Shown here: piece by piece, positions 50,099-58,028 of the stretch | Position numbering within the stretch: position 1 is the stretch's first letter | How the letters are laid out: each line of letters starts with the position of its first letter | Assembly (NCBI GenBank): GCA_963666985.2 | Contig: CAXXIA010000001.1 | Location: forward strand, 32,001-96,000 | From: Spirochaetia bacterium | Lineage (GTDB): Bacteria > Spirochaetota > Spirochaetia > DSM-2461 | Direction of reading: 5' to 3' | DNA: 64,000 nucleotides | Program-made: the position numbers and the translations under genes | Notes under the pieces: model-generated | Told to the model about the DNA's origin: nothing | The model's database searches: none | Seen by the model: the letters and a program-made list of their open reading frames with translations, nothing else

Positions 50099-50250
50099 GC
50101 TATACTCCTTAATTTCATTTTTTCGTTGTCATGATCAGATAGAATTTTTATTGCGATTTCATGTTTTGTTTGACCTCCTTATCCGCTGTTCTCAATGTTG
50201 CCTATTGATTCATGGCATCCGATTTTCCGATTGTTTTGTTGTTCTTTCAG

Positions 50251-51060
50251 TCATCCCTTGAGCGAGCCGGTGAGTCCCCCGATAAACTGTTTCTGAAAAA
50301 AGCCGAAAAGGATAATTACCGGGAGACTTGCCAAGATGAGCCCCGCGAAAAGCATGGGATAATCGGTGGAGTATTGCCCCATTGTCGAATAGATTCCGAT
50401 ATTCAATGATTTGAGCTGCTCCTTGAACAGAAGGACGAGTGCGACGATAAATTCGTTCCAAAGCCAAACGGATTGGAAAATGATTACGACGCTCAGCCCC
50501 GTTTTGGAGACGGGCAGGACGATTCTGAAGAAAATAGCCGGTTCCGAGCATCCGGCAATCCTAGCCGAATCCAAAAGATCGTCCGGAAAATCCCGGAAAA
50601 ATCCTTTAAGAAGGAACACCGTGAAAGGCAGGCCCAGCGCGATGTACACCAGGATAATCCCGATGCGTGTATTTACAAGGTGAAGCATTTTCAGGTAGTA
50701 GAAGAACGGTACCAGAAGCGCAACGGCCGGCGTCATTTGTCCCATGAGCAGCAGTAACTGCAACCGTTTTTTGCTTTTGATCGGGTATTTCTCCAGAGAA
50801 AAGGCGGCCAGGGAGCCGCAGAGGACCATGGCTCCGACACCGGCGGAGGAATAGATGATGCTGTTTAAGGAATAACTCAAGACATTTACGTTGTTCCAGA
50901 TCCCGACATAGTTGTCGAAGCCGAAAGATCCGGAGCCGGTACGGAACGAGCCGATAAGCATTCTCACCAACGGCATAACCGTGATCAGCGATGCAATCGC
51001 GAGAACGGCATAAATAAGGATATCGGCCGCCGTGTTTTTTTGACTTTTCTGCGTTTTCAT
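50251..51060 (-). CDS. Sugar ABC transporter permease
   Basis: 'LLDSARIAGCS..IFFRIVLP', 'WNEF', 'FQKQF'. Confidence 0.9.
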   Translation of the reverse strand: MKTQKSQKNTAADILIYAVLAIASLITVMPLVRMLIGSFRTGSGSFGFDNYVGIWNNVNVLSYSLNSIIYSSAGVGAMVLCGSLAAFSLEKYPIKSKKRLQLLLLMGQMTPAVALLVPFFYYLKMLHLVNTRIGIILVYIALGLPFTVFLLKGFFRDFPDDLLDSARIAGCSEPAIFFRIVLPVSKTGLSVVIIFQSVWLWNEFIVALVLLFKEQLKSLNIGIYSTMGQYSTDYPMLFAGLILASLPVIILFGFFQKQFIGGLTGSLKG

Positions 51061-51075
51061 ATCCGACGTTCCTTT

Positions 51076-51978
51076 TTAACGGCCATGCCGGTTCTGTAAT
51101 TTGAAATAGACCGACGATATCACGACGACGATGAGCAGCATGACAATCGATAAGGCGGCCGAGTAACCCAATTTGTAATAATCGAAACCCGTCTTGTAGA
51201 TATACGTCCCGATGACCTGAGCGGATTTCGGCGGGACGGCCGTCGCCATCACGAGGAAGGGATCGATGACCCGGAACGCGTCGATGAGGTTCAGCATGAC
51301 TACAATGCCGATGAAAGGGCGAATAAGCGGCAGAGTAATCAATGAGGCGATTTGCAGCCGGTTTGCGCCGTCTATTTTTGCCGCTTCCATGATTTGTCCC
51401 GGGATGTTTCTGATGGAAGCCGAATAGACAACCAAACCGAACCCAAAACCTTTCCATACGGACGCCGCGGCGATCGAGAGCATGGCCGTGGAAGGATCTC
51501 CGAGCCAGTTGCGCGTTAAGGCCGACAATCCTATGGTCCTGAGGGCGATGTTAAGCATCCCGTCGTAGGGATTTAGGAGGCGTTTCCACAAGAAACCGAC
51601 AACAACCCATGACAAGATGAATTGGCTGAACAGCAGGAATCGATAAACCTCGCGCCCCTTTACATTCCCGGTCGAAACATCGCTTTCCAGGAGAAGCGCC
51701 AGCAGAAGGGCAACGATATTCCCGATGACGATTGTATACAGTGCATAAAGGGAATTATTGAGAAGGGATGTCCAGAATGTTCCGTCCGAAAAAATCTGCA
51801 GGTAGTGGTCCAATGCAACGAAATCCATTTTCCCGAGTCCGTTCCACGAGAAGAAGCTGAGAACCAGAGAACAGCAGAGGGGAATGATGAAAAAGAGACC
51901 GAATATCGCCAATGCAGGAACGAGGAATAATCGGCCCCAAAAGACCGTTTTCTGTATCGGTTTACTTGTATTTTTCAC
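51076..51978 (-). CDS. Sugar ABC transporter permease
   Basis: 'EAAKIDGAN...ITLPLIRP', 'NWLGDP', 'LGYSAA'. Confidence 0.9.
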   Translation of the reverse strand: MKNTSKPIQKTVFWGRLFLVPALAIFGLFFIIPLCCSLVLSFFSWNGLGKMDFVALDHYLQIFSDGTFWTSLLNNSLYALYTIVIGNIVALLLALLLESDVSTGNVKGREVYRFLLFSQFILSWVVVGFLWKRLLNPYDGMLNIALRTIGLSALTRNWLGDPSTAMLSIAAASVWKGFGFGLVVYSASIRNIPGQIMEAAKIDGANRLQIASLITLPLIRPFIGIVVMLNLIDAFRVIDPFLVMATAVPPKSAQVIGTYIYKTGFDYYKLGYSAALSIVMLLIVVVISSVYFKLQNRHGR

Positions 51979-52155
51979 AAAAAGCTCAATTAGCTCTAAA
52001 TGGTATATGGTATATTATATGGTAAAAGTGTATGTTTCAAGTGTTTTTGAATAAATTATTGAGATATTCATCGAATTTCCCTAGAATATCGCATCAGTGA
52101 TGCAGAAGCGGCAGGAAGCCTTACCTAAAATTTCTGAAGCAATCGGAAACAGTTA

Positions 52156-53211
52156 ATGCCAATAGAAAACAAGCAAAACGGAATCGTCAGAATCCTGGAA
52201 CAGCGTATCGCGGATGGCATATATACGAACTCTCTTCCAAAGACCGGCGACCTTAAGGAAGAATTCGACGTCAACCTCAAGACCTTGAACAAGGCGATTC
52301 TTCGATTGGTCGATAGGGGGCTCGTTTACAGAAAGCCCGGTAAGGGCACGTTTGTCGCAAAAGCTCCCGAAAAGGTTGAAGACACTCTCATCGAACTACT
52401 GTTCGTCGGTTCTTCCGAAATGTTCATCCATCCGTTTTACAGCGACATGTGGAGGGGGCTTCTCGATGGAATTGAAGGCGCCGGATATAAGCTTGTCTTG
52501 ACGTCTCTCGAGGAGAACGAAAAGAGGGGAGGCCTGAAACGAGTCTGCCAGGATACGATTTCGTCCGCAGCGAAAATTCTCGTTGGAACGAATAACGCGG
52601 AGCAACTGAAGATCCTGAAGAAAAGCAAAGTTCCTATTTTGCTCGTGGGGGAAAAAACGGACCTTCCGGATGTCGTGGCCGTGTATACCGATATCAGGGA
52701 AGCGGTTTCGGAGGCCGTCCGTTATCTTCGGAAGAAGCGGATCGACGATATCGCCTTCATCGGTCAGACCGCAGCCGACGGTGAGCATCTTTGGAATCTG
52801 GACAAATTCCATTCGTACTTGGAAGAGATCCAAAGAAAAGGCGGCATCAACAGCGACCTCATCATCAATACGCCGTCTTTCGCCCGTTTCGGATATTCGT
52901 CCATGAAGGCAATACTGGACAAGCAAATCCCCCAGGCGGTCATTTCTGCGTATGATCATCTTGTTCCCGGAATCTATGAGGCGATCAAGGAACGAAATCT
53001 GTCGATTCCGGACGACATCAGCGTCATCGGGATCGACGGCTTGGATTTAAACTTGCACCCCAAGTTGACCAGCATCCCCGTTAATCGATATCAAATCGGC
53101 TTGACCGCCGGCCGGCAGATTGTCGCCATGATCCGGAATCCGCGGAAGAAATATCAATCGACCATCTTATCAACGACCTTTGATCCGAAATCCGGAGAAT
53201 CTGTAAGATGA
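52156..53211 (+). CDS. GntR-HTH / LacI-type sugar-binding domain regulator
   Basis: 'EEFDVN..TLNKAI..L...GLVYRKPGKGTFV'; C-terminal 'IPDDISVIGID','PKLTSI'. Confidence 0.88.
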   Translation: MPIENKQNGIVRILEQRIADGIYTNSLPKTGDLKEEFDVNLKTLNKAILRLVDRGLVYRKPGKGTFVAKAPEKVEDTLIELLFVGSSEMFIHPFYSDMWRGLLDGIEGAGYKLVLTSLEENEKRGGLKRVCQDTISSAAKILVGTNNAEQLKILKKSKVPILLVGEKTDLPDVVAVYTDIREAVSEAVRYLRKKRIDDIAFIGQTAADGEHLWNLDKFHSYLEEIQRKGGINSDLIINTPSFARFGYSSMKAILDKQIPQAVISAYDHLVPGIYEAIKERNLSIPDDISVIGIDGLDLNLHPKLTSIPVNRYQIGLTAGRQIVAMIRNPRKKYQSTILSTTFDPKSGESVR

Positions 53212-53222
53212 ATATTCAAAAC

Positions 53223-54032
53223 CTATCGATATTCCAATGAGTGACTGAAAAGCCACGGGAAGAGCGCCTCATCCGTATAACAGGGGCCGGGTGTGTGTCC
53301 CATCCCTGTGTATTCACTGTATTTGAACATGGGATGGAAGATGCGTGTGAGTGTGACGGTCGTTCGTTCATATCCTGTGAAGGTATCGGAAGCCGATGTT
53401 TCAAAGGCGCATGCGTTGCATGCATAGGAACGCATGTTTTCCAGGGCTTCTCGGGCAACCTCGACTCTGGTTTCGGTATCGGAGAGACCGATGTGATACC
53501 AAAGGGCGGTTTTCTTTGCAATGTCGTTTCCCAAATCGGACTGACTCTGACCGGCAACCCGAATAATGGCCGCAAAGTACAGATTCTCCGCATACAGCCC
53601 CTTGGCCAAAGGATAGCTGCCCGATTCTCCGGCGGAAAATCCGGTTAAATAGAGACGGTTTGTATCAATCCTGAACCCTGCGTCTATGGCGCTTTTAATC
53701 CATTCTCCCAGAGCCTGTCCGTCGGACTCAGAGGTCTGCTGATAATCAATAACGAAGGCCGGATAGACCTGTGCCGCCCGGCTGTAATAATAACTTTGTC
53801 CCTCTCCCCAGCAGCCGGAAACCAAGAGGGGGTATTTTCGAAAGGCATTTTCGAACTTTTCGTATCCCCAGGGAGTAAAAAAACTCAGCCCTTCGTGAAT
53901 TACTTCCTCCGGAGCATCGGCGTCTTCGAAGGTCTCTTCTTGAGTTTGAGCGAAATTGTTGTCCCACGGATTGACGCATGAACAAAGAGAAGAAAGGCAG
54001 ATGAGGGCAAAGACTCTGTTTCCGATTTTCAT
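53223..54032 (-). CDS. Putative lipoprotein alpha/beta-hydrolase (esterase-like)
   Basis: N-terminal LCSC; IDTNRLYLTGFSAG nucleophile elbow; 'EYTGMGH...WLFSH' C-terminus. Confidence 0.65.
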   Translation of the reverse strand: MKIGNRVFALICLSSLCSCVNPWDNNFAQTQEETFEDADAPEEVIHEGLSFFTPWGYEKFENAFRKYPLLVSGCWGEGQSYYYSRAAQVYPAFVIDYQQTSESDGQALGEWIKSAIDAGFRIDTNRLYLTGFSAGESGSYPLAKGLYAENLYFAAIIRVAGQSQSDLGNDIAKKTALWYHIGLSDTETRVEVAREALENMRSYACNACAFETSASDTFTGYERTTVTLTRIFHPMFKYSEYTGMGHTPGPCYTDEALFPWLFSHSLEYR

Positions 54033-54136
54033 TTTCTTCCTTGTTTCAGGAAAAAATAGCGCGTTTTTTCGTTATGTCCAAGGCCTCAAAGGGGCTTACA
54101 AGATGTGCTGGGGAAAGGTTCGTGAAGTTGTGTTTT

Positions 54137-54341
54137 TGGCGGGAGGGCAGGACTCGCCTTCCACTCGCCGTCGTCGTGACGGCTCCTTCCAGGCCGCTGG
54201 TTCAACCTTCCTCGACTTGCTGTCTCGGATCGCTTCCTATTCGGTCGCGACCGGTTTCACCCTTCGAGTCCTTTTTATCGACAAAAAAAGACCGGAAGCC
54301 CTTTTTAGGACATCCGGTCTTTTTAGCAGGGGCAGGACTCG
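54137..54341. repeat. Partial tRNA 3'-end copy and structured element downstream of tRNA-fMet
   Basis: gggcaggactcg at 54145-54156 and 54330-54341; the minus-strand copy ends CGAGTCCTGCCCTCCCGCCA. Confidence 0.75.
54283..54324 (-). terminator. Intrinsic terminator of tRNA-fMet
   Basis: aaaaagaccgga...tccggtcttttt stem with T tract. Confidence 0.8.
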
Positions 54342-54396
54342 AACCTGCGACCTCCGGGTTATGAGCCCGACGAGCTGCCAACTGCTCTACCCTGCG
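54324..54396 (-). tRNA. Initiator tRNA-fMet (CAT), CCA not encoded
   Basis: C1:U72 mismatch, GGG/CCC anticodon stem around CTCATAA, TTCGAGT T-loop. Promoter TTGACA (54437-54432)-17-TATCTT. Confidence 0.96.
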
Positions 54397-54665
54397 GCGT
54401 GCCTGAAGAAGATATCGACGTAAGGAATAAATGTCAACCGAAGCGGAAAATATTCTTGGAATCTCGTTGCGTTTGAGTGTTCTTGAGAGGATTGAAGACC
54501 TTCGGAAACCGAATGGAAGGAGTCTTCTTTTTGAGAATGTAATAATCCTGATTCAGCGGTGCGGCTCGGTGTGTTCCTGAACCGCCGGTCCTCCGGAGAG
54601 AGGTCCGGCAGAAGAGTTTTGAAGTTGAGAAGGCGCTTCAATGGTGCTTAGGGCTTTATTCTCTT

Positions 54666-55355
54666 TTACCGGCCGGAGCGGCCGCTTCTCAAGTCGTCCT
54701 TGCGGGCATTCCGCAGCCGGGCGATAAGAATGGCGTATCCGATGAAAAGGATTGGAACGATCAGAACGGAAGGAACGGCGGAATCCATCAGAAACCAATC
54801 ATAGGTTCCGTGAATGATTACGGCGATTAGAAAAGCCGCCGCAACGCTGCCCTTCGAGGTTACGATAAAGCGGCCGATGGAGAGGCCCATGAGTCCTCCG
54901 CAGAGGGCGTGCAGGGGCACCGCCGTGAGGCCGCGGATTAATGCGACGGCAACAGGGTAGTCTTCTCCGAAAACGTAGAAGATGTTCTCCGTTAACGCAA
55001 AACCCATGGCGACGGCGATTCCGTAGACCGCCCCGTCCAGGACTTCGTCGAATTCCCGGCGGCGGCGGACAAGAATCAGCATTAAGACCTGCTTGACTCC
55101 CTCTTCCACGACGGCGACGCCCAAAAAAGCCGTGGAAATGATTACCAGGGGCTCCGGCAGAAGAGTGCAGAGCGGAACGGAGACCATTTCAAGAAGAGCG
55201 GCGATAAGCGGCGATGCCGTTCCCAAGAAAAAAAGTTTCAGGATAAGCCCGCGCGGTTCTTTTTTAAATCGGTCGAAACGGTCCGCGGCCCAAAGAAAGG
55301 CCAGGCAGGGCAGAGCGGCGGCGGCCAGAATAACGGCGCCGTAGGCGGTGCTCAT
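54666..55355 (-). CDS. prsW: PrsW family intramembrane protease
   Basis: EEGVK, GFALTEN, HA, HGTYD motifs. Confidence 0.88.
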   Translation of the reverse strand: MSTAYGAVILAAAALPCLAFLWAADRFDRFKKEPRGLILKLFFLGTASPLIAALLEMVSVPLCTLLPEPLVIISTAFLGVAVVEEGVKQVLMLILVRRRREFDEVLDGAVYGIAVAMGFALTENIFYVFGEDYPVAVALIRGLTAVPLHALCGGLMGLSIGRFIVTSKGSVAAAFLIAVIIHGTYDWFLMDSAVPSVLIVPILFIGYAILIARLRNARKDDLRSGRSGR

Positions 55356-56407
55356 GAGAGAAGTTCATCCAGGATGGAAAGAAGACGCATGTTGTTCTCC
55401 CTCGTTCCGAAGGTGTATCGGATCATCTTTGGAAGTCCGAAGGATTTTAAGTCCCGAACGGCTATACCGCGCTCGGCGATGGGTTTCCACAAACCGGCAA
55501 TCTCCTGGTTCAGATCGATACAGATGAAGTTGGCCTGTGTCGGATAGTAGGAGAGATTTCTCTTATCGAGTTCTTTGTAGAGAAAGGCTTTCTCGGTTCG
55601 AACCAGATCCAGAGTGCGTTCTTTGTGCTCGGTATCATTCAGGGAGGCCAAGGCCGCGGCTTGGGCCAGATTGTTCACGTTGAACGGCATGGAAGCACGA
55701 TCGGCTCCGCCGATTATTTCCGGATTTCCCACGGCGTAACCGACCCGAAGACCGGCCAGCCCGTAAAGTTTGGAAAAAGTCCTGGTTACAACCAGATTCG
55801 GATACGCGTTCAGCAGGGTGCTCGAATCGGGAAAATCGGATTCATCGGCAAAATCCGCATAGGCTTCGTCCAGGATTACGATTACGCCGCCGGGGATTTT
55901 CTCCAGGAATCCGACGATTTCATCATGGGTAAGATAGGTTCCGGTGGGATTGTTCGGATTACAGAGAAAAATCAGCCGTGTGTTTCCGTCGATAAGTGAG
56001 AGCATGGCTTCCAAATCAAAGCGGCCGTCCGAAAGGTTGGTTTCCCTCATTTCCGCGTTAAAGAGCCTCACCGCGTAACGATATTGACTGAAGGTTTGCC
56101 TGGTGCTTACGGCGTTTTCTCCGGGGCCTATCCAGGCCGCGGCCAAAAGAGCGAAAACTTCATCGCTGCCGTTGGCCACCAGAAGATTGTTCGTCCCGAC
56201 ATCCCAGATTCCGGCCAGAGATTCTTTGAGCAGACTCGATGCGCCGTCGGGATAGCGATGGACACCGTCCAGAACATCCCGGATCGCCTGAACGGCCGCG
56301 GGCGAAGGACCCAGCGGATTTTCGTTTGAGGAGAGCTTCACGGCTCCCGGGATGGTTTTTCCCGGAGCATAGGCTTCCATGGTTTTAATATTGGCTTTGA
56401 GTCTCAT
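55352..56407 (-). CDS. hisC: Histidinol-phosphate aminotransferase
   Basis: KLSSNENPLGPSP, NGSDE, CNPNNPTG, DEAY, RTFSKLYGLAGLRVGY. Confidence 0.92.
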   Translation of the reverse strand: MRLKANIKTMEAYAPGKTIPGAVKLSSNENPLGPSPAAVQAIRDVLDGVHRYPDGASSLLKESLAGIWDVGTNNLLVANGSDEVFALLAAAWIGPGENAVSTRQTFSQYRYAVRLFNAEMRETNLSDGRFDLEAMLSLIDGNTRLIFLCNPNNPTGTYLTHDEIVGFLEKIPGGVIVILDEAYADFADESDFPDSSTLLNAYPNLVVTRTFSKLYGLAGLRVGYAVGNPEIIGGADRASMPFNVNNLAQAAALASLNDTEHKERTLDLVRTEKAFLYKELDKRNLSYYPTQANFICIDLNQEIAGLWKPIAERGIAVRDLKSFGLPKMIRYTFGTRENNMRLLSILDELLS

Positions 56408-56420
56408 GCAAGTTTCCTTT

Positions 56421-58028
56421 TTATTGATTCACATTATTGGTGGATACCATGGGCGGAAGGAGTCTTTCAAGTTCCATGTAAAGTTCATTGGGGCGCAGAG
56501 GTTTGCTGATCCATCCGTCCATACCGGATTCCATCGCCATACTGCGCTCTTCTTCCATGACATGGGCGGTCAGGGCCACGATGGGTGTTCGCTTCATTCC
56601 GCTTTGCCGTTCTAAATCTCTAATTTTTCGAGTCGCCGCAATTCCATCCATAACAGGCATCTGGAGGTCCATCAGAATGGCCGCCGGGGCGTTCCGTTTC
56701 CAGGCGTAGAGGGCTTCGTTTCCATCAAGGCAGGAAATCACGTTGAATCCCACGCGCTTGAGAAGGTTCTCGGCCACCAGCCTGTTGACGCGGTTATCTT
56801 CCGCCAGAAGGATTTTTATTCCGTTCCAGGAAGGCGGTGTTTTTCCGGCCGGCCATTTCGTTTCTTGTGATTTCGTCTTTGCGGTATGCTCTTCATCAGG
56901 AGATTCTCCGATTCCGACACGAATGGTGAATCGGAAGATTGATCCTTTATCCGGTGTGCTTTCGGCCTTTAAGTCGCCGCCCATGAGCTTGGCAAGAGTT
57001 CTGCTGATCGCCAAACCCAAACCGGTGCCGCCGTATTTTCGGCTGATTTCGGCATTGCTCTGCGTAAAGGGTTCAAAAAGAGATTCGAGTTTATCCCTTT
57101 CTATTCCGATTCCCGTATCGATTACCGAATATTCAAGAACAACTTCGGTTTGATCGTTTTCAAGATTTTGCGGCGGACACGAGAGTTTTACCGTAATCCC
57201 GCCTTTATCGGTGAATTTTACGGAATTGCCGACCAGATTGATGATGATCTGCCGAATGCGTGTAGGATCGCCGACGATGTATTCGGGAATGTCGGAATCG
57301 ATCTCGCTGGTCAGAGTGATTCCTTTCTCTTCGGCTCCGGTCCGTAAGAGGACAAGGGATTCTTCGATATGATCCCGAAGGCTGAAAGTCAGCCGTTCAA
57401 GCTCCATCCGTTCGGATTCCAATTTCGTGAAATCGAGGATGTCGTTGATAATCGTCAGAAGCGATTCCGATGCGTTCTTTATCACTTCAAGATACTCGCC
57501 GACAACGCCGGGAGGATCGGCCTGCAGGGCCAAATCGGTCATGCCCATGATGCCGTTCATCGGCGTTCTGATTTCATGGCTCATGCGGGCCAGAAATTTT
57601 CTGCGGGCTTCGGCCTCGGCTTCGGCTATCTCCCGGGCCTGTTCCGTGGCGGTTTCCCGGTGTTCCCAACTGGTAATATCCCTGAACAGATAAACGATTT
57701 TCGGATCAACCGAAACACGGCGATAGGGAAGAATCCGCATATCGAAGTAGCGAAATCCCCATCCCGGAAGGATGATGGATTTCCGTTTCATATAAACGGG
57801 GATTCCCGTGGCCAGAGCCTTGGTCCCCTGATCAACCAGAACGGCGGCAATATCGGGCGGCAGGAGTCTGTTCAAAGGCTTCCCGGCGGCCGCGATACGC
57901 GGAATGCGGACCAGATAGGAAGCCGTTTCATTCATCTGAAGGACGGACCCCTCAATGTCGGTAATGAATACCGCCTCTTCCAAATCGTCGAAAAGACTTT
58001 TAAGAAGTTCCGGAGGAATGTCGGTCAT
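56421..58028 (-). CDS. Cytoplasmic hybrid sensor kinase (PAS-HisKA-HATPase-REC)
   Basis: MSHEIRTPMNG, NLVGNSVKFT, DTGIG, GGTGLGL, ILMDLQMPVMDG. Confidence 0.92.
   Translation of the reverse strand: MTDIPPELLKSLFDDLEEAVFITDIEGSVLQMNETASYLVRIPRIAAAGKPLNRLLPPDIAAVLVDQGTKALATGIPVYMKRKSIILPGWGFRYFDMRILPYRRVSVDPKIVYLFRDITSWEHRETATEQAREIAEAEAEARRKFLARMSHEIRTPMNGIMGMTDLALQADPPGVVGEYLEVIKNASESLLTIINDILDFTKLESERMELERLTFSLRDHIEESLVLLRTGAEEKGITLTSEIDSDIPEYIVGDPTRIRQIIINLVGNSVKFTDKGGITVKLSCPPQNLENDQTEVVLEYSVIDTGIGIERDKLESLFEPFTQSNAEISRKYGGTGLGLAISRTLAKLMGGDLKAESTPDKGSIFRFTIRVGIGESPDEEHTAKTKSQETKWPAGKTPPSWNGIKILLAEDNRVNRLVAENLLKRVGFNVISCLDGNEALYAWKRNAPAAILMDLQMPVMDGIAATRKIRDLERQSGMKRTPIVALTAHVMEEERSMAMESGMDGWISKPLRPNELYMELERLLPPMVSTNNVNQ

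Larger units (their letters stand above)
43289..53268. mobile_element. ~10-kb island bounded by a 45-bp direct repeat; no integrase inside
   Basis: tatcgatatt(t/c)caatgagtgactgaaaagccacgggaagagcgcc at 43289-43333 and 53224-53268 (44/45 identical). Confidence 0.65.

Noticed and set aside
50148..50181. Perfect SD (AAGGAGGT) plus MKSQ* mini-ORF on the minus strand
   Set aside because: Only four codons and no attenuator structure; more likely a remnant of a lost gene start.
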